In this document: positions 37,020 to 50,139 of the stretch, piece by piece
Numbering within the stretch: the first letter of the stretch is position 1
Layout of the letters: every line of letters starts with the position of its first letter
Source: Octopus bimaculoides
Lineage: Eukaryota
Assembly (NCBI RefSeq): GCF_001194135.2
Contig: NC_068984.1
Location: 120,009,109-120,073,108 of the forward strand
Direction of reading: 5' to 3'
Length of the DNA: 64,000 nt
Notes under the pieces: model-generated
The model's database searches: none
Told to the model about the DNA's origin: nothing
What the model saw: the letters and a program-made list of their open reading frames with translations, nothing else
Translations under genes and position numbers: made by a program

Positions 37020-38278
37020 ACACTACTTATGGTGTTACTTGTATTTTCCCTTTGTTATTGTAGTATCTGTGTCATGCTAACCCAGAATAAATAGTATGCT
37101 ATTTCTTCTAAGGATCACCATTTTAAGGAGTTATTGAGGTATAACTAAATTGATTTTAATGGACATCATTTGATTGATTCTGTCAATATCTATGGAAGAA
37201 AAACCTAGAAATATCTAAAAAAAAAATCTCTAGGAACTCAAATCTAATGTTGATTTAATCAGACTGTTGAAAAGTTATTGAACTACATGAATATTTTATT
37301 GGTTTTATGCTACTCCTACATAGTGGAAGCACTGAATGTTTAGCCAAAAGTATTGATTAGTCGTGTCTTTTGAGACATTGATCAATATTGCTTGCTGGTT
37401 TGATTAGGAAACATAAATGAGTGGTGAAAGTTTTGGCATTTTTTATTTATTGGTTTTTATCATTTTTATAAACAAGAGGAAAGAGTAATGTTGAAAACCA
37501 TGGGAAATGGTAAACTAAACATGAAAATTTATGTATGGGAATCAAGAAGAGTAATATTATTTATCTATTAAACCAATCATTGTTCCATAGCAATATCAAA
37601 TGATATGTTAGCATTGCTAAGAAACTAACTAAATACAGTCAACATAAAGTTGATTTCAAATACCGGAAAGGCAAATTAGTTATGATGGCTTCAGCATTGC
37701 ATGAAAGTTCAGCAGTCAAGACCTAGAGTATTTTATCTTTATTGAATTATTTAAAAAGAGGGAAGAAAAAAATCTGAAATATAAATGGAAAAATCAATCA
37801 TTTGGTATTTAGGAGAAAACATGTATTCTTAGGATTTATTCAATAATGAAACAATTGGTCGTCTGCATTGAAACTCAAGCTGTAGCTTTAATATGATTAA
37901 CAGTATAATAAGCTTCGTTGTTCAGAGAGGAGATTTTCAATGTGAAATTCTCTTTAAAATGTTAAGAGGAAGATAATTCAATTAATTTTGATAAATTATT
38001 CTCGGGCATGAAAATTCCTTTAAATAATTTTTCTATTTTTCCTCTCCACTATTAAATAGCTGTATACAAACATATCTAAATTAGTTAACTAATCATTTAT
38101 ATTGTCAAAATTCCCATGTTAAGTAACAAACCATAAAAGAAAAGCTTAAATATTTACATTCCCATTTATGGCATCACCCACTCAACTTGCTCTGTCTTCT
38201 CATTTGTGCAAAACATCAAAAGTTTATCAGATCAACAGGGCAAGCTCTACAAATATTACATAATCATTAAGACTTCAG

Positions 38279-38344
38279 ACAATGAGCTCATTGCATAACA
38301 TGGAAATGTCACAATGCAGTAATCATTACATACAAATAAAGAAG
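38279..38344 (+). other. Candidate exon (66 nt, open in frame 0: TMSSLHNMEMSQCSNHYIQIKK)
   Basis: TTCAG| acceptor (weak pyrimidine tract) and strong AAG|GTGAGT donor. Confidence 0.25.
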
Positions 38345-39139
38345 GTGAGTATATCTGATATATACATAACAAAGTAGTGCAAGTCTTTGTGCTCTAAGCA
38401 GTGAGGTTAGTGAAAATTTTCACTTGTTTATTTAAAAGTTGTCTGTTCATGAATAATTTTTGAATGCAGAATTAAGTTTAATCTAAAGTTAGCACTCATC
38501 AAAAGGTCACTAAGAATAGAGCTATGTCCTTTATTTACTGGCAAAACATGTCATAGAATGGATAACCTATTTGAATAACTTTGATTTTGTGGTATGAAAA
38601 AATTCTTTAATATTGAACACATTGTTGATTATCTAAAAAAAAAAAAAAAATTAATCGATTTTTGGGAGCAATTTTCAAAGCTAGGTATAGACTATGTAAG
38701 CGGGCTATGATATCTCTGTATTATAGCAAAACTTAAATGAATGGAATTGACATTAAACATTTTCAGCACAGTTGCAAATTTGTAAAACTAAAAGTTAAAA
38801 AATAAAAAATAAACTAAAAAAAAAGATTATTTCTTTTTTTTATAAAGATAACTAATTCTACCTTCCATGCTATGATACAGAATATCAAACATCAAAGATG
38901 AGTGTTGAACCTTTAAGTAATAATCTGCATAGATGTTTGAACCAGAGGCAGTCATATTTGAAAGATCTGACTGTAGAATGTCCCTGCAATGCGTTGATAT
39001 CTCATATAAAATCACATTAAACTAAGTTCAAATCAAGAGAAAACTTTGATGACCAACCAATAATTTTCTATGTTAAAACAAAAATGATAATCTTCAAATG
39101 AACAATTTGACAAATGTTTGCTCTTATATATATAGATAC

Positions 39140-39187
<48 letters not shown>

Positions 39188-39299
39188 GTATCTATCTATC
39201 TATCTATCTATAAATGTAGAGAAAGCATTGCTATTATAGTTTTACTATATTAATACATGAAATACAAGAAATGTATACAAAAAATGTATGTCTGCATAC

Positions 39300-40460
39300 A
39301 AAAAGGGCCAACTTACACAGAATACAAATAAAATAGGAGATTAAAGGGGTTGAAGAAAAGTATTACAAACCAACAGCTGTTTCTAGGGGCTCGGCAGTCC
39401 ACAATAATGTTTGTAGATTGATTCCATCATAGGATGAGATGCGCTACCATCTTTAGGGAAGAGATCTTACATTTGAGGTGTTAAAGGAAAGAAGTTCAAA
39501 GGTGGAATGATTTTGTGGAGCTCTAAATGTAGAGAAGGGAGTTGGGGATGTGTTCAGATAGGGAATAGTGAGAGGAGAAAATAAATATCAAGAGTGAGGG
39601 GTTAATAGTAGGGAGTTATAGTAGTAGAGGTGGAAAGTAGGAGGAAGAGGTGGGTGTTGTAGGTAATATGTGAATGGTAGTTTATTGTGTTAGTTTGTAT
39701 GAATGGTATAGAATTAATGGTTGAGATAGTGAGAAAGAGAATGGCCATTATTTGAGGGAAATAAGTTGGCTGGTTCAGTGGCTGAGGGAGATTACTAAGG
39801 TATGTAGAGAGGTATGAGGGAAGATAGAGGGGGTAGATAGGGTGGGGGTGAGTTGGTAGTCAATATAGCAGTGGTTAGTGGTACAAAGGAATTGGGTTTG
39901 TGTTAGAAGGGGAGTGCAATGGTATGCAGAGGTGTATGAAATTGAATAGGGAGGGGATAGAGGTTGACAGGTTAGTATCCAAAGGAGTGGGGTAGTATTA
40001 AGTACTTTTGGTAAGGCGGAGAAATAAGTGGCTACTTAAGAGGGTGGGGAAGCTGTGAGGGAAGTGGGAAGTAATAGTTTAAAAGAATTTGGAAAGGTAG
40101 TTATGAAAAAGATTAATAAGTGGTGGTTTTTGTTGAGGTAATAGGTTGCTAGGTTGTCTTAGTTCAAGGTAATTTTGAATATGGATATTTATAATTATGG
40201 GATTACATAGATTTAATAAAATGTGCAAATGATGAGGTGTACCTATGTTTACAAGACAAAATTACATCTGAGAATCAGTTAAGTAATGAGGAGTTGTGGA
40301 GGCAAAGAATGGTTAATGATTCTCTTAAACATAATTTACAAATCCAATGTTTGCATTGTATGGGAGAGCTTCACTTGCTATGGACCAGGATAGGGTATTT
40401 GGAATATTTTGAGATTTAAGTTTGTTTATGTAAGTTGCAAAGGATGTTGATAATTTAAAA
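39300..40460 (-). mobile_element. 5'-truncated Penelope-like element (GIY-YIG C-terminus, pyrimidine-rich 3' region, hammerhead-like end)
   Basis: 40440 to 40203 reads ATYINKLKSQNIPNTLSWSIASEALPYNANIG-(fs)-CKLCLRESLTIL..SLLN*FSDVILSCKHR, homologous to the C-terminus of the PLE at 53341-54995. Degenerate motif CC-CTAAAGA...GAAACAGCTGT-T-GG at 39370-39458. Confidence 0.75.
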
Positions 40461-41589
40461 GAGAAAGAGAAAGAGTTCATGCATGCATGGTAGTGGCAAA
40501 AGAGTTCATGTGTGCATGGTGGTGACGCTTGAAATCAACTCTACTGCTGACATATACTTATTTTTTGCCCAAACAGCTGCAGTGCATCTACAAGTAACTC
40601 ATTAAAATTTTTAGTGTGGGGGATGTAAAAGGACATGCCTAAAAGGATGATTTCAGTTGTCTTCCAAGCTGTTTGTGATGGATCAGGAGTAAAGTACATA
40701 GCTGCTAAGGGTAAATAGCATAAAACTGCTGACATGAAGTACCGGTCCAGTTATCTCTAGTAGATTAGGAGTACGACCCTTATGTATGAAAATTACGGAT
40801 TAATTTATCAGCATTTTGACTCAGAAAACCAAGAAATTTGCCTTCATAACAGAAATTGTATTGTATTGTTCTTTAATCTTTGTATAAAATTACCCAGCTT
40901 CCTTAATTATGAATTATTTGAAGAGGGCCAATACATGTATAGCCTTAACCATCACCCAGTTTAACACCATCACCTCGCGCTTGGTTACCTGTAACAGAGT
41001 TTGCTCTGTTGCAAGCATTTTCTCTATCCCTCATTCCCACCAGTCTTGGAGGCTCTGTATGGGGTTATAGGCACTGCTTTTCTTTCCTATGAGATAAAAT
41101 TATGATGAATTACCCAGAATGCTACCTGTCTTGGAATCTGCAGTTCTTCACAATATTTATTTAAAAAAGAAGAAACAGCTCTCAATTCTTCAATATACAT
41201 ATATATATAGTAACATGACGACAGTGAGATCTTTAATTTCTTTATATAAGATGCAGAAATGACAAGAGAAACAAAATGAGATATATTAGATATTGACCAA
41301 TTCCATATTCTCATTTATCAATTCCACTGAGAGACATGATCATGTTCATTTATTTTTTTATGTAGACTCATCTGCTAATATTCATTACATGGTGATATAT
41401 TGCACTTTGATTTACGATACAGAAAGACTGGTGATATTTATTGTATTTTTAGATTTAAAATGATATGACACTAATGGTATTAGGCTTTTATTTTAATTAG
41501 ATAACATGTGCACATGTGCATGTCTATATATGTGTGTGTGTATATATATGTATGTGTGTGTGTGTGTCTATATATGATGATGAATTCCA

Positions 41590-41952
41590 ATATTTAAAAT
41601 CTTGGTTTGTCCTTGTTAATGGGGGTGGCTGGATCTTCCTCATTCTTACAGCAACCAGTCTCACACCATCTTGCCGTCTTACTCGTTTTGGGCATCCTCC
41701 CTCCAAGCCAACCCTCCCAATCTCCTCCTCCATCTGTTTCCTCCACGTTTTCTTTGGTCAGCCTCACTTTTGTGATTCATTCGCTTTAAGCTCAAGCACT
41801 CTCCTCAGAATATGATCCTCATCCCTCCTCAACACATGCCCATACCACTGCACTCCATTCCCCCTTGCCAGCCATTCCACCAATTCCTCCAACCCCAGCA
41901 TCCCCATCAAGTCCTCAGCCCTCCTTTTATCCAACAGTTTCACACCACACAT
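41590..41952 (-). mobile_element. RTE LINE 3' end
   Basis: MCGVKLLDKRRAEDLMGMLGLEELVEWLARGNGVQWYGHVLRRDEDHILRRVLE..KKTWRKQMEEEIGRVGL.., then 3' terminus GATCCAGCCACCCCCATTAACAAGGACAAACCAAGATTTTAAA. Confidence 0.9.
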
Positions 41953-43538
41953 TTGGTCTCAGGGAGTAGTGCCCCTGCCTTCCTGAGCTAGTTTTCCACC
42001 ACATTTCTTAAAAATCATGGTAGAAGCCTTGGTTTGGAGCCACTCATGTCTAGAAACTGAGGCTGGAGGTAAGCAAGGGTATGCTCCCCATAGAAAATTC
42101 AGCTCTGAAAAAGCCTTATGACAATAGCAAAGAAGCATGGGCACCAACCAGACCAAAGATTGGGGTGGGCTGTACCTGTCTACCTCAAAAAAGAAGATGC
42201 AAACCCTTATCCTGGGTCATGCAAGCATGACTTGCCTTATGATGGCTGACGGCCTGGGGAGAAGCTGGGAGTGAGGCTGGAAAGTTGGAATGTGGGTAGT
42301 CTGCGTGGAAGGGGAACTTAGGTGTGTGAGGAATTGAGGAGGAGGAGTGTGGATATGTGCTGTGTGCAGGAGGCTAGGTGGAGGAGTCAGGGTGCAAGAT
42401 TTGTCGGGGGGTCAAGGGAAGCAGGTACAAGTTGTGGTAGTCAAGAAATGGCAAGGGGACTGAAGGTGTGGAAGTTTTGGTGAAGGAAGAAATCTGTAAA
42501 AATGTAGTAGAGGTCAGGAGAAAGAGAGACAGAGTGATGACAGTTGTGTTAGCATTTGAGGAAGACATGGTGAAGGTGATTTGTAGGTATGGTTCACAAA
42601 GTGGAAGAGGGATCGTTGAGAAAGAGCGGTTCTTTGATGAAATGGTGAGTGAGTGAGACTTACATAAGATAGATGAATTAGTTCTGGGCATGGGTGATTT
42701 TAATGGACATATTGGGAAATGGATCCAGAGCTTTGAGGGTGTGCATGGGGGAAATGGAATTGGGGAAAGAAATAAGGAAGGAAGGATGCTGTTGGAGTTT
42801 TGTGATGAGAAAAAGTTGTGTGTGACGAACACATGGTTTAGGAAAACAGAGAAAAGGAAAGTGACTTTCAGTGCAGGAGGGAATGAAACAGAGATTGAGT
42901 TTGTGTCAGTTGGTATGGAAAACAGAAAGTATCTGAGAGGTGTGAAGACAATACCAGGAGAGTTGCAGCACAGGCTGGTGGTTGCTGACTCGGATAAGAG
43001 GAAAGTTAAAAACTGTGTGAGAAAGGGAACGGTTGAGAGGAGAAAGGTGTGGAAACTGAGGGAAGAAAAAACAAGAGCAAGGTTTGAGGTGAGATTTGGG
43101 GAGTTGGTAAGCATTGATGCACCGGATTTGTGGAACTTTTAAGGAATGGGTACTAAAGACATGTGATGAAGTGTGTGGATGGACAAAAGGTAGGAGAGAT
43201 AGAGGAGATATGTGGTGGGGGAACAAGGAGGTGAGGGATGCAATAGCAAGGAAGAAGGAGGCACACAAAACTTTATGTAATAATAGGACTGAGTAAATGA
43301 TAGCCAGGTATACTAACATGAAGAGTTGTGCAAAGAGGGTGGCTGCAAGATCTATGAGGAAGGAGGCTGAGGAGGAGTTGAGTGGGCTGGATGAGAACCC
43401 AGATAGAGTGTTTAGATTTATGAAATCATGGAAAAAAATGGAAGAGATGTTGAAGGAGGAGGATGTATGAGGGGGAGTGATAGGAGGTTGAATTTTAGTA
43501 AGAAGGACAGGAGAAGAATTTGGAAAGAGCATATGGAG
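41953..43538 (+). mobile_element. RTE LINE 5' part (leader + APE endonuclease + linker), decayed
   Basis: ESWNVGSLRG..DMCCVQEARW..GVEVLVKEE..RVMTVVL..ICRYGSQSGR..EKERFFDE..LGMGDFNGHIG..VHGGNGIGERNKEGRMLLEFC..LCVTNTWFRK..GELQHRLVVAD..RRKVWKL..MWWGNKEVRDAI..RIWKEHME; several stops and frameshifts. Confidence 0.93.
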
Positions 43539-44179
43539 ATTTTTAAATGCATAAAATTGACTCTGCTAAAGGTGACCAAGATCCATCTGGTGGTGTTAAG
43601 TAAGGTTATGAATAACTTTAACACACATGGAGGTTTGGGTGGAATTTCAACACAGGACTCAATGTATTGGAATAAATACTGCAACCACCCTGCCTAACGT
43701 TCTGATGACTTTGATACTCATCCATTCCATTAAAATTATGCTCGTCTTCAAGATGAGGTTTGAGTGTTAGGCTAGCAACTAATCCCTGTAATAAAATATA
43801 ATAGTGATGAAAGCAATGATAATCATGACTATGTAATTGGTGATGCTGCAAGTGGTGTTTCTAGTAATAATGATGATGATGAGGAGGAGGAGGAGGAGGA
43901 TATATAACTTCACCTCTCACACTCTAGTGAACTTACCCACCTATTCTTCCCAACCTTCTGTTCCTACTTTTTCTTCTATTCACCTTCTTGCACCTTGGGG
44001 ATATTCCCTGACAGTTTGTCACCGCCTTCTTTGTCTCTCCAGCTACTCTCACTCACCCTTATATAATGTGGGGTAACCATGTACTTCTTCTATAGCTTGA
44101 CACCTGTTCCTGTCCCTCTATCATAGTTTAGCTTCTCGACACTTGGCATTAAGCTACCCTTCCTTCCACTTTACTACAT

Positions 44180-44410
44180 CCTAACTCAGTTGAGAGGGCA
44201 TTTTGTTGTCTTGCAGGTTACTTGGTGACCTCACTAATGCTGGTGTCCCATAAAATGCACCCAGTGCATTCTGTAAAGTAGTTGGTATTAGAAAAAGTAC
44301 CCAGCCATAGAAACCATGCCAACATACTTTTCCAATTTGCCAGATTCTGTCAAACTGTCCAGTCCATTCCACATGGAATACAGATGTTAAATGATGCTGA
44401 TGATGACAAC
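44180..44410 (+). mobile_element. Retroposon family C, degraded
   Basis: CACCCAGTGCATTCTGTAAAGTAGTTGGTATTAG...CATGGAATACAGATGTTAAATGATGCTGATG. Confidence 0.75.
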
Positions 44411-44690
44411 AACGATGATAATCTGTGTTAGGAACTTGTAGATTCCATTCCATTTCAGCTCAAACCTTCCATTTGCATCTAACTTTCTATCACTTATAAT
44501 CTGTCTTATATATATTTTGTACATCTGCTAGAAGTTTAGTTTCCTATAATTTTGATAAAGCAGCTTATGATGAGGCTACATTCGGCTTAACATAAACATG
44601 TCATGGCTTGTCTCCAATGCTTGCTGGAAAAATGAACAAAATAGAAGAAAAATCATATTAGTCATCACCATCTGTTTTTTTTCTCAACAG

Positions 44691-44738
44691 GATAGTCCCA
44701 CTGCATTGCCTACAATGTGCTGGGTATCAGAGGAGCCA
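44691..44738 (+). other. Candidate 48-nt coding exon (DSPTALPTMCWVSEEP, phase 0-0)
   Basis: Strong acceptor TCTGTTTTTTTTCTCAACAG| and donor CCA|GTAAGT; open frame, symmetric. Confidence 0.4.
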
Positions 44739-45430
44739 GTAAGTAGTAGGCCATCTAATTACTTATGCTGGTAACAAAGTTTGCTTCAAAGTGGCTGTAG
44801 ACGAAGAGGTCAGGGTGTGTGACTCCTAGCAGGGGTAGCCTGTAAGAAACTAATTGCATGCATACATACATGTTTGTGTATATATATATAAAATTATCAG
44901 TAATAAAGAGTATGGAGACTTGGACATCCACAAAATTTATATATTTATATAACCATATAATGACCTACATGTGTTTCTGCTGCAGTGACTACTCACTGTT
45001 GCAAATGCAACCTTGCAATATTGTTAGTGTAGCTTCATCAGGGTCCATCCATTCAGTGAAGAGTACATGGAATGATCCATTGGAAGAATTCATGGAATGG
45101 CTAACAACAAATTGTAGTCACAAACATTAAATACTGATCGTTGTGGTTAGCCTTTAACTGAGAGATAACATGACATCTGCACAGATGTTATATCCCTCTA
45201 AACTCATATATATATATATATATATATATGCATATATGGGTACAAGACGTCACCAACTGTGTAAACAATATGAAGTGCAAAAACAACCGAGTTAAATATG
45301 CAAACAATGAGAGATAAAAATGGAAATATATATATATATCAACTTTAAATAGAGCTCAAAATTGATCCGTTGAAAATACTTTATTACAACAACAATAGCA
45401 ATAATAATTGGTTAAAAAAAATATATATTT

Positions 45431-45466
<36 letters not shown>

Positions 45467-45979
45467 TGAAAAACAGTATTGAGTTTGGTGACGTGATTCT
45501 TGACACAAATTTGACAATACTCAAAACAGAGGCATGTGATAACTCCACTCCAGTTTAAAAAGAATCTCCCAGTCCAAACACAAAAAACAAAAAAACAAAA
45601 GAGGAAGGTGTGGCCATTGATGACAATCAGAAGTTCTTTGTTAACATGAGTGACTCAGCGACACATCGCAGTTTCTTTGATCTACTCAATGAACATCAGA
45701 AGAAATGTTAGTAAAAGCTCCTCAGTCTGTCTTGGAGAAAAAACCCTCACTTAAGATAAAAGTCTTTACAGGTTCAAATACCTCTGAAGTATATTTGAAT
45801 TGGTCTTAAGTTTATGTTTCTTTCTATGACTAATGTGTTCCAGCCTGGCAGCCAATGTGCACTATCAGTCAATAATATTGACTGATTAATGACATAGGGA
45901 GCAGATCTTTCTGGTGAGCTCAGAGTGACCTCTCTTGGTATCTGGAGCTGAAGAGAAGTAACAAGTTCAAAATGCATCC

Positions 45980-46110
45980 ATCAGCAGGCTGGATGTGATT
46001 AATGAAGATCTCTAGAGGCTTGACGTTATCTTGGAGGATGCAGAGGGGCTGGTACAGGACCGCCAGCATTGGGGAGCACTGATGGACCTGGTCAGCTCTG
46101 TGTATGATAA
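45980..46110 (+). mobile_element. RTE-type LINE C-terminal remnant
   Basis: RLDVINEDL*RLDVILEDAEGLVQDRQHWGALMDLVSS resembles WxDxIxxDL...AQDRxxWR. Confidence 0.65.
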
Positions 46111-47070
46111 CACCTCTGGGACCACTAACCTGGGATGACCCCAGCCCCATCAGGCAAGAGCATAAAACAAGCAAGTCCAATAGAGGGCGTTCTGAGCTGG
46201 CTATGTTACTTTAATACTTTTCTGTCTTAGGTGAGAAATCTTTCTTCATAACAAACTGCAGTGAAATAACTCCCAAATATATTTGAAATGGTTTTAAGCA
46301 AGTATTTATTTAATTATTACATAATTAATTACTGAAATTTTAGCTGGATGAGTAGCAGCTAAGTTGAGATAAAAGCGAAAGAGACGGGGAGTCTGTTGGT
46401 GGTGCTTAAGTGAGATACCAACTTGCCTGAGACTGCCCCTGGTTCCTTGATACAAATCTCCTGTTTTGAAGCTAAACTTCCCATCAAGTTCCATGTTAAT
46501 TTATATTCCAAGCACCAGTTTAATAATAAGAAAATTATTTTTATCAAGTTTTCATTGTTTTCAGAATTTATTGCAACAAAAGCAGCAGCATTCGGTCGTG
46601 CTGTTTGTGTGGATTCCTCTGATTTTCAGTCACTGTCCAATTCTATTACAAATTTGAATTAGTAGCTTGAGTCGTTACAACTGTTTCATTACACAACCAT
46701 GAATGCTTTCTCTATGGATGTGTTGCAGTTACTCTCTGGAAAGAGCTTGGTAATCATGGCCACTGATCTTGTAGGAGTCTGCTGATCAGCATCGGTGTAA
46801 GAAACGTCATTGGTTCAGTTGAGCTCTTCTGCTGCCTCTTTACATGCTGTAGTCCCACGACTACAATCTACCTCTACAATCCATGTGTATCTTTGTGAGT
46901 TCATGTGTTGTGTGTGTGCCTATTTGTGTCACCTTGTCTTGGCATCATGCTTGTAAACAGTGAAAACATGTCTGACCATCGAAAATTTACCTCAACAAAT
47001 TCTGTTTGACCCTTGCAAGTATTGAAAAGTGGATGCTAAAATGGTGATAATGTTGATGATGGTACATATA

Positions 47071-47106
<36 letters not shown>

Positions 47107-48209
47107 ATTATATATATAATTAATTATGTAATAATTAAATATATATATATGTGATAAGCTTATAGGTTTCTTATAGAATCCAACACCTACTTTCATTAAC
47201 TAAAATTTTTTTACACCAAATATCTTCAAAGCTCACTCAAAAATGTTTATATGAAATTTAATAAAGAAAATATTATTTGTATATATTCATGAAACAAACA
47301 GCTTGTAATTGAACACATTCTAGAAAAGTCAAAATTGTATTGGCATGCGGTTATGAATTTAATAGCAACTGCTAAAAAAATTATATTACTAAAATTAAAA
47401 TATAAAGTAAAAGTGATATAAAATATTTTTCTCAGGTTTTCAAAATTTTAATGAAACTTAAGAAACATGATATATATTGATAATTCAAGAAATAATTAAT
47501 TGCAACAGAATTAGACTTATCCATCAAACGGCTGGTTTAATGTGTGACAGCTATGATATAATCAATAATCACTTCACATCAGCTCCAAAATCTTTATTGA
47601 TTATGAATAGTTTTAATCAATACTATACTGAATTGATAGAGAAAGACAAGAATTTATAACAAGAGGTAAAGTCTCACTCACCTTTGTTTGTTAATTGCTT
47701 AAAGAGAAATGATAATCAAATATTTTGTCTGTTTTTTTAAAGTTTTTTGCTTTTGATCTTTTTTTTTCTCACAATTCTGAATTCTGTTCATAATATAGAA
47801 CAGCTTGTGACATCTGCTTCTTACAATAGACTGGACTGGAGAAAGTTTGCACTCTTTCTTTGAGCTTTATGAATGTCTTGTCTGCTTTATTCAGAATATT
47901 TATCTCCACAACGTTTTGTTATTGAAATTAAAGGAATCTTTTGTTTTGAGTAAAATTCTCCTTTAAACTTCACACTTGCATAAGATGATGTTGTAATTGT
48001 TTCCATTCTCTTGACAACCAACAAGGACATTTCTCCATCTTGAGAGCAATCATTGCTTAGAATTAGGTTTCAATTTTGAATTAATATTTATAGACTATTA
48101 ATCTTCTCTTTGTGTTATTCTTAAATTGTTTTCCGGTACTCCAGTCCAATACACACACACACATGTGCGCGCACGCATGTACGCACACACACACACACAC
48201 ACACATCTC

Positions 48210-49390
48210 AGTCTTTAATCTTTCTTTTACTTGTTTCAGTCATTGGACTGTAAACATGTTGGGGTGTCGTCTTAATGGATTTTAGTCGAACAAATCAACC
48301 CTAGTACGTACGTGTTCTTTTATAAGTCTGATACTTATCCTATTGGTCCCTTTTGCTGAACTGCAAAGTCATGGGGACATAAACAAACCAATATCTGTGA
48401 AACAGTGGGTGTGGTGACAAACACAGACATAACGATGCACCCATGTGGACATATAGATATAGTAGGGTCAGTTGAGCACCATTTGTGAGAAAAACAGCAC
48501 TATGACACAATTCACTCTGCCAGAAATTTCGGAACGACTTGCTGTAGTGCTTGGCATTCACACCAGAAACTCCAATAAGAACATTTCATAGTGTTTGGGT
48601 GCCAGTCTGACGACAGTGCATGTATCATGAATGATAAAAATCAAACATCCAGTCAACATTATGATGTTTGGAGTGATCACTAGTGATGGTGACATTATGC
48701 CTCCATTCATCATCCCACATGGCTTCAGACTCAACATGGAGGCCTACATCAAGTGCCTGGAGGAGGTGGTGCTGCCCTTGGTCAAGAGGATGGCTGCTGG
48801 AAGACCCTATGTCTGGCAACAGGACTCTGCACCATGCCACGCAAACAGACGAACCCAGTCATGGCTGTCAAAACAATTTCTACCACCACATCACCCCTAA
48901 CATTGGCCACCTAACTCCCCAGACTGCAACCTCCTTGATTATTATGTGTGAAGCACAGTTGAGCAAGAGACCAACGAAACTCCTTGAAGTGAAGGCAAGG
49001 ATTATGGTAGCATTCATCAACTTAAACAAGGAAACCATCCAGAAGAGTTGCCGGAGATTCCAAAGTCGTCTAGAGGCTATGGTTGAAGCCAAAGACAATT
49101 TTATTGAATAAATTTACTCTTTAGCATTTCAAGATATTTTTATGTAATTTTGGTAAATATATCTGTTAAAATGAGATGTCTGTGTTATTTTCATTTTTGC
49201 ATAATCTAGACACCAATATATTCACTGCACCCTCTATTTATACACACAATGGGCTTCCGTACAATTTCTATCTACCAAATAACTTCACTCAAAAAGCATT
49301 GGTCAACCCAAGGCTTTTGTAGAAGACATTGGCTCAAGTTGCTGCACAGTGGGACTGAACCCAAATCCACATAATTGTCAAGTGAGCTTC
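48210..49390 (-). mobile_element. SINE B split by the maT transposon
   Basis: 3' half at 48210-48455 and 5' half at 49240-49390. Confidence 0.75.
48460..49236 (+). mobile_element. Internally deleted maT-type (DD37D) Tc1/mariner transposon
   Basis: N-terminus MTQFTLPEISERLAVVLGIH.. joined to KHPVNIMMFGVITSDGDIMPPFI..YVWQQDSAPCH..WPPNSPDCNLLDYYV; 37 residues between the QQD and LDY aspartates. Right end TTCACTGCACCCTC|TA. Confidence 0.9.
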
Positions 49391-50139
49391 TCAACCACAG
49401 TCATGTTTTCACCTAATATATACCTAATCTTAAGAATTTATAACTTTATTTCTAAATCTACTAATCACTAAGTTACTGTTTCATGGGATAATAATAATAA
49501 AAAAAATAGCTACATAGAAACATGAAGTATAAGAAACCATCCAAGCAACAACTCATCTTATATAGTTGGTTGCATCTTGATTTGTGTTTTCAGCTTGATT
49601 AATAATCCTGTTTTGCAGACAATAAGGTATTAAAAAAAGTTGTGCACAGTAGTTTGTTTTTCTTTCATCTTTAGATCTCTTTTTATTTCATTATACTATT
49701 TACAGTTGGATGTTCTTGAGACTTTAGATATTCTAAGAGCAGATTTTTATGACTGGGTACCTGTTTATTGTCTGTTACCAAATAACAAACTATTTTTTTC
49801 TTTTTGTTAATCTAAAGTAAAAAATGAATTTTTAATTTTTTTCTAATGGCTTGGTTTGGAAGAAAATGCTATGCCCATAGTCTTTTTAGGTTTTCCACTG
49901 CAAAAAATATGGAAAACTAAAAGAAAAAGAACAATATACTTAAAACAAAATTCAATGCTTCTAATAGAGTTAGCACTTTTATAAATCCATATCCTTTCAT
50001 CTAAATTATTGGCGATAAATATTTCGTAAATTCACACAAGAGATATTTCTGAAGAGAGATGGTCATTTATTCAATCTTCACTTTAGTTTTTATTCATATC
50101 ATTTTTAGATTATCACACCAAGAATCTTGCAAAAAAATG

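Noticed and set aside
38160-38345. PLAT/LH2-like peptide KLYKYYIIIKTSDNELIA*HGNVT
   Set aside because: The resemblance is superficial, with in-frame stops and no diagnostic GT/G residues.
42374-43114. 246-aa minus-strand ORF (and 42906-43532)
   Set aside because: These are antisense shadows of the purine-rich RTE endonuclease region.
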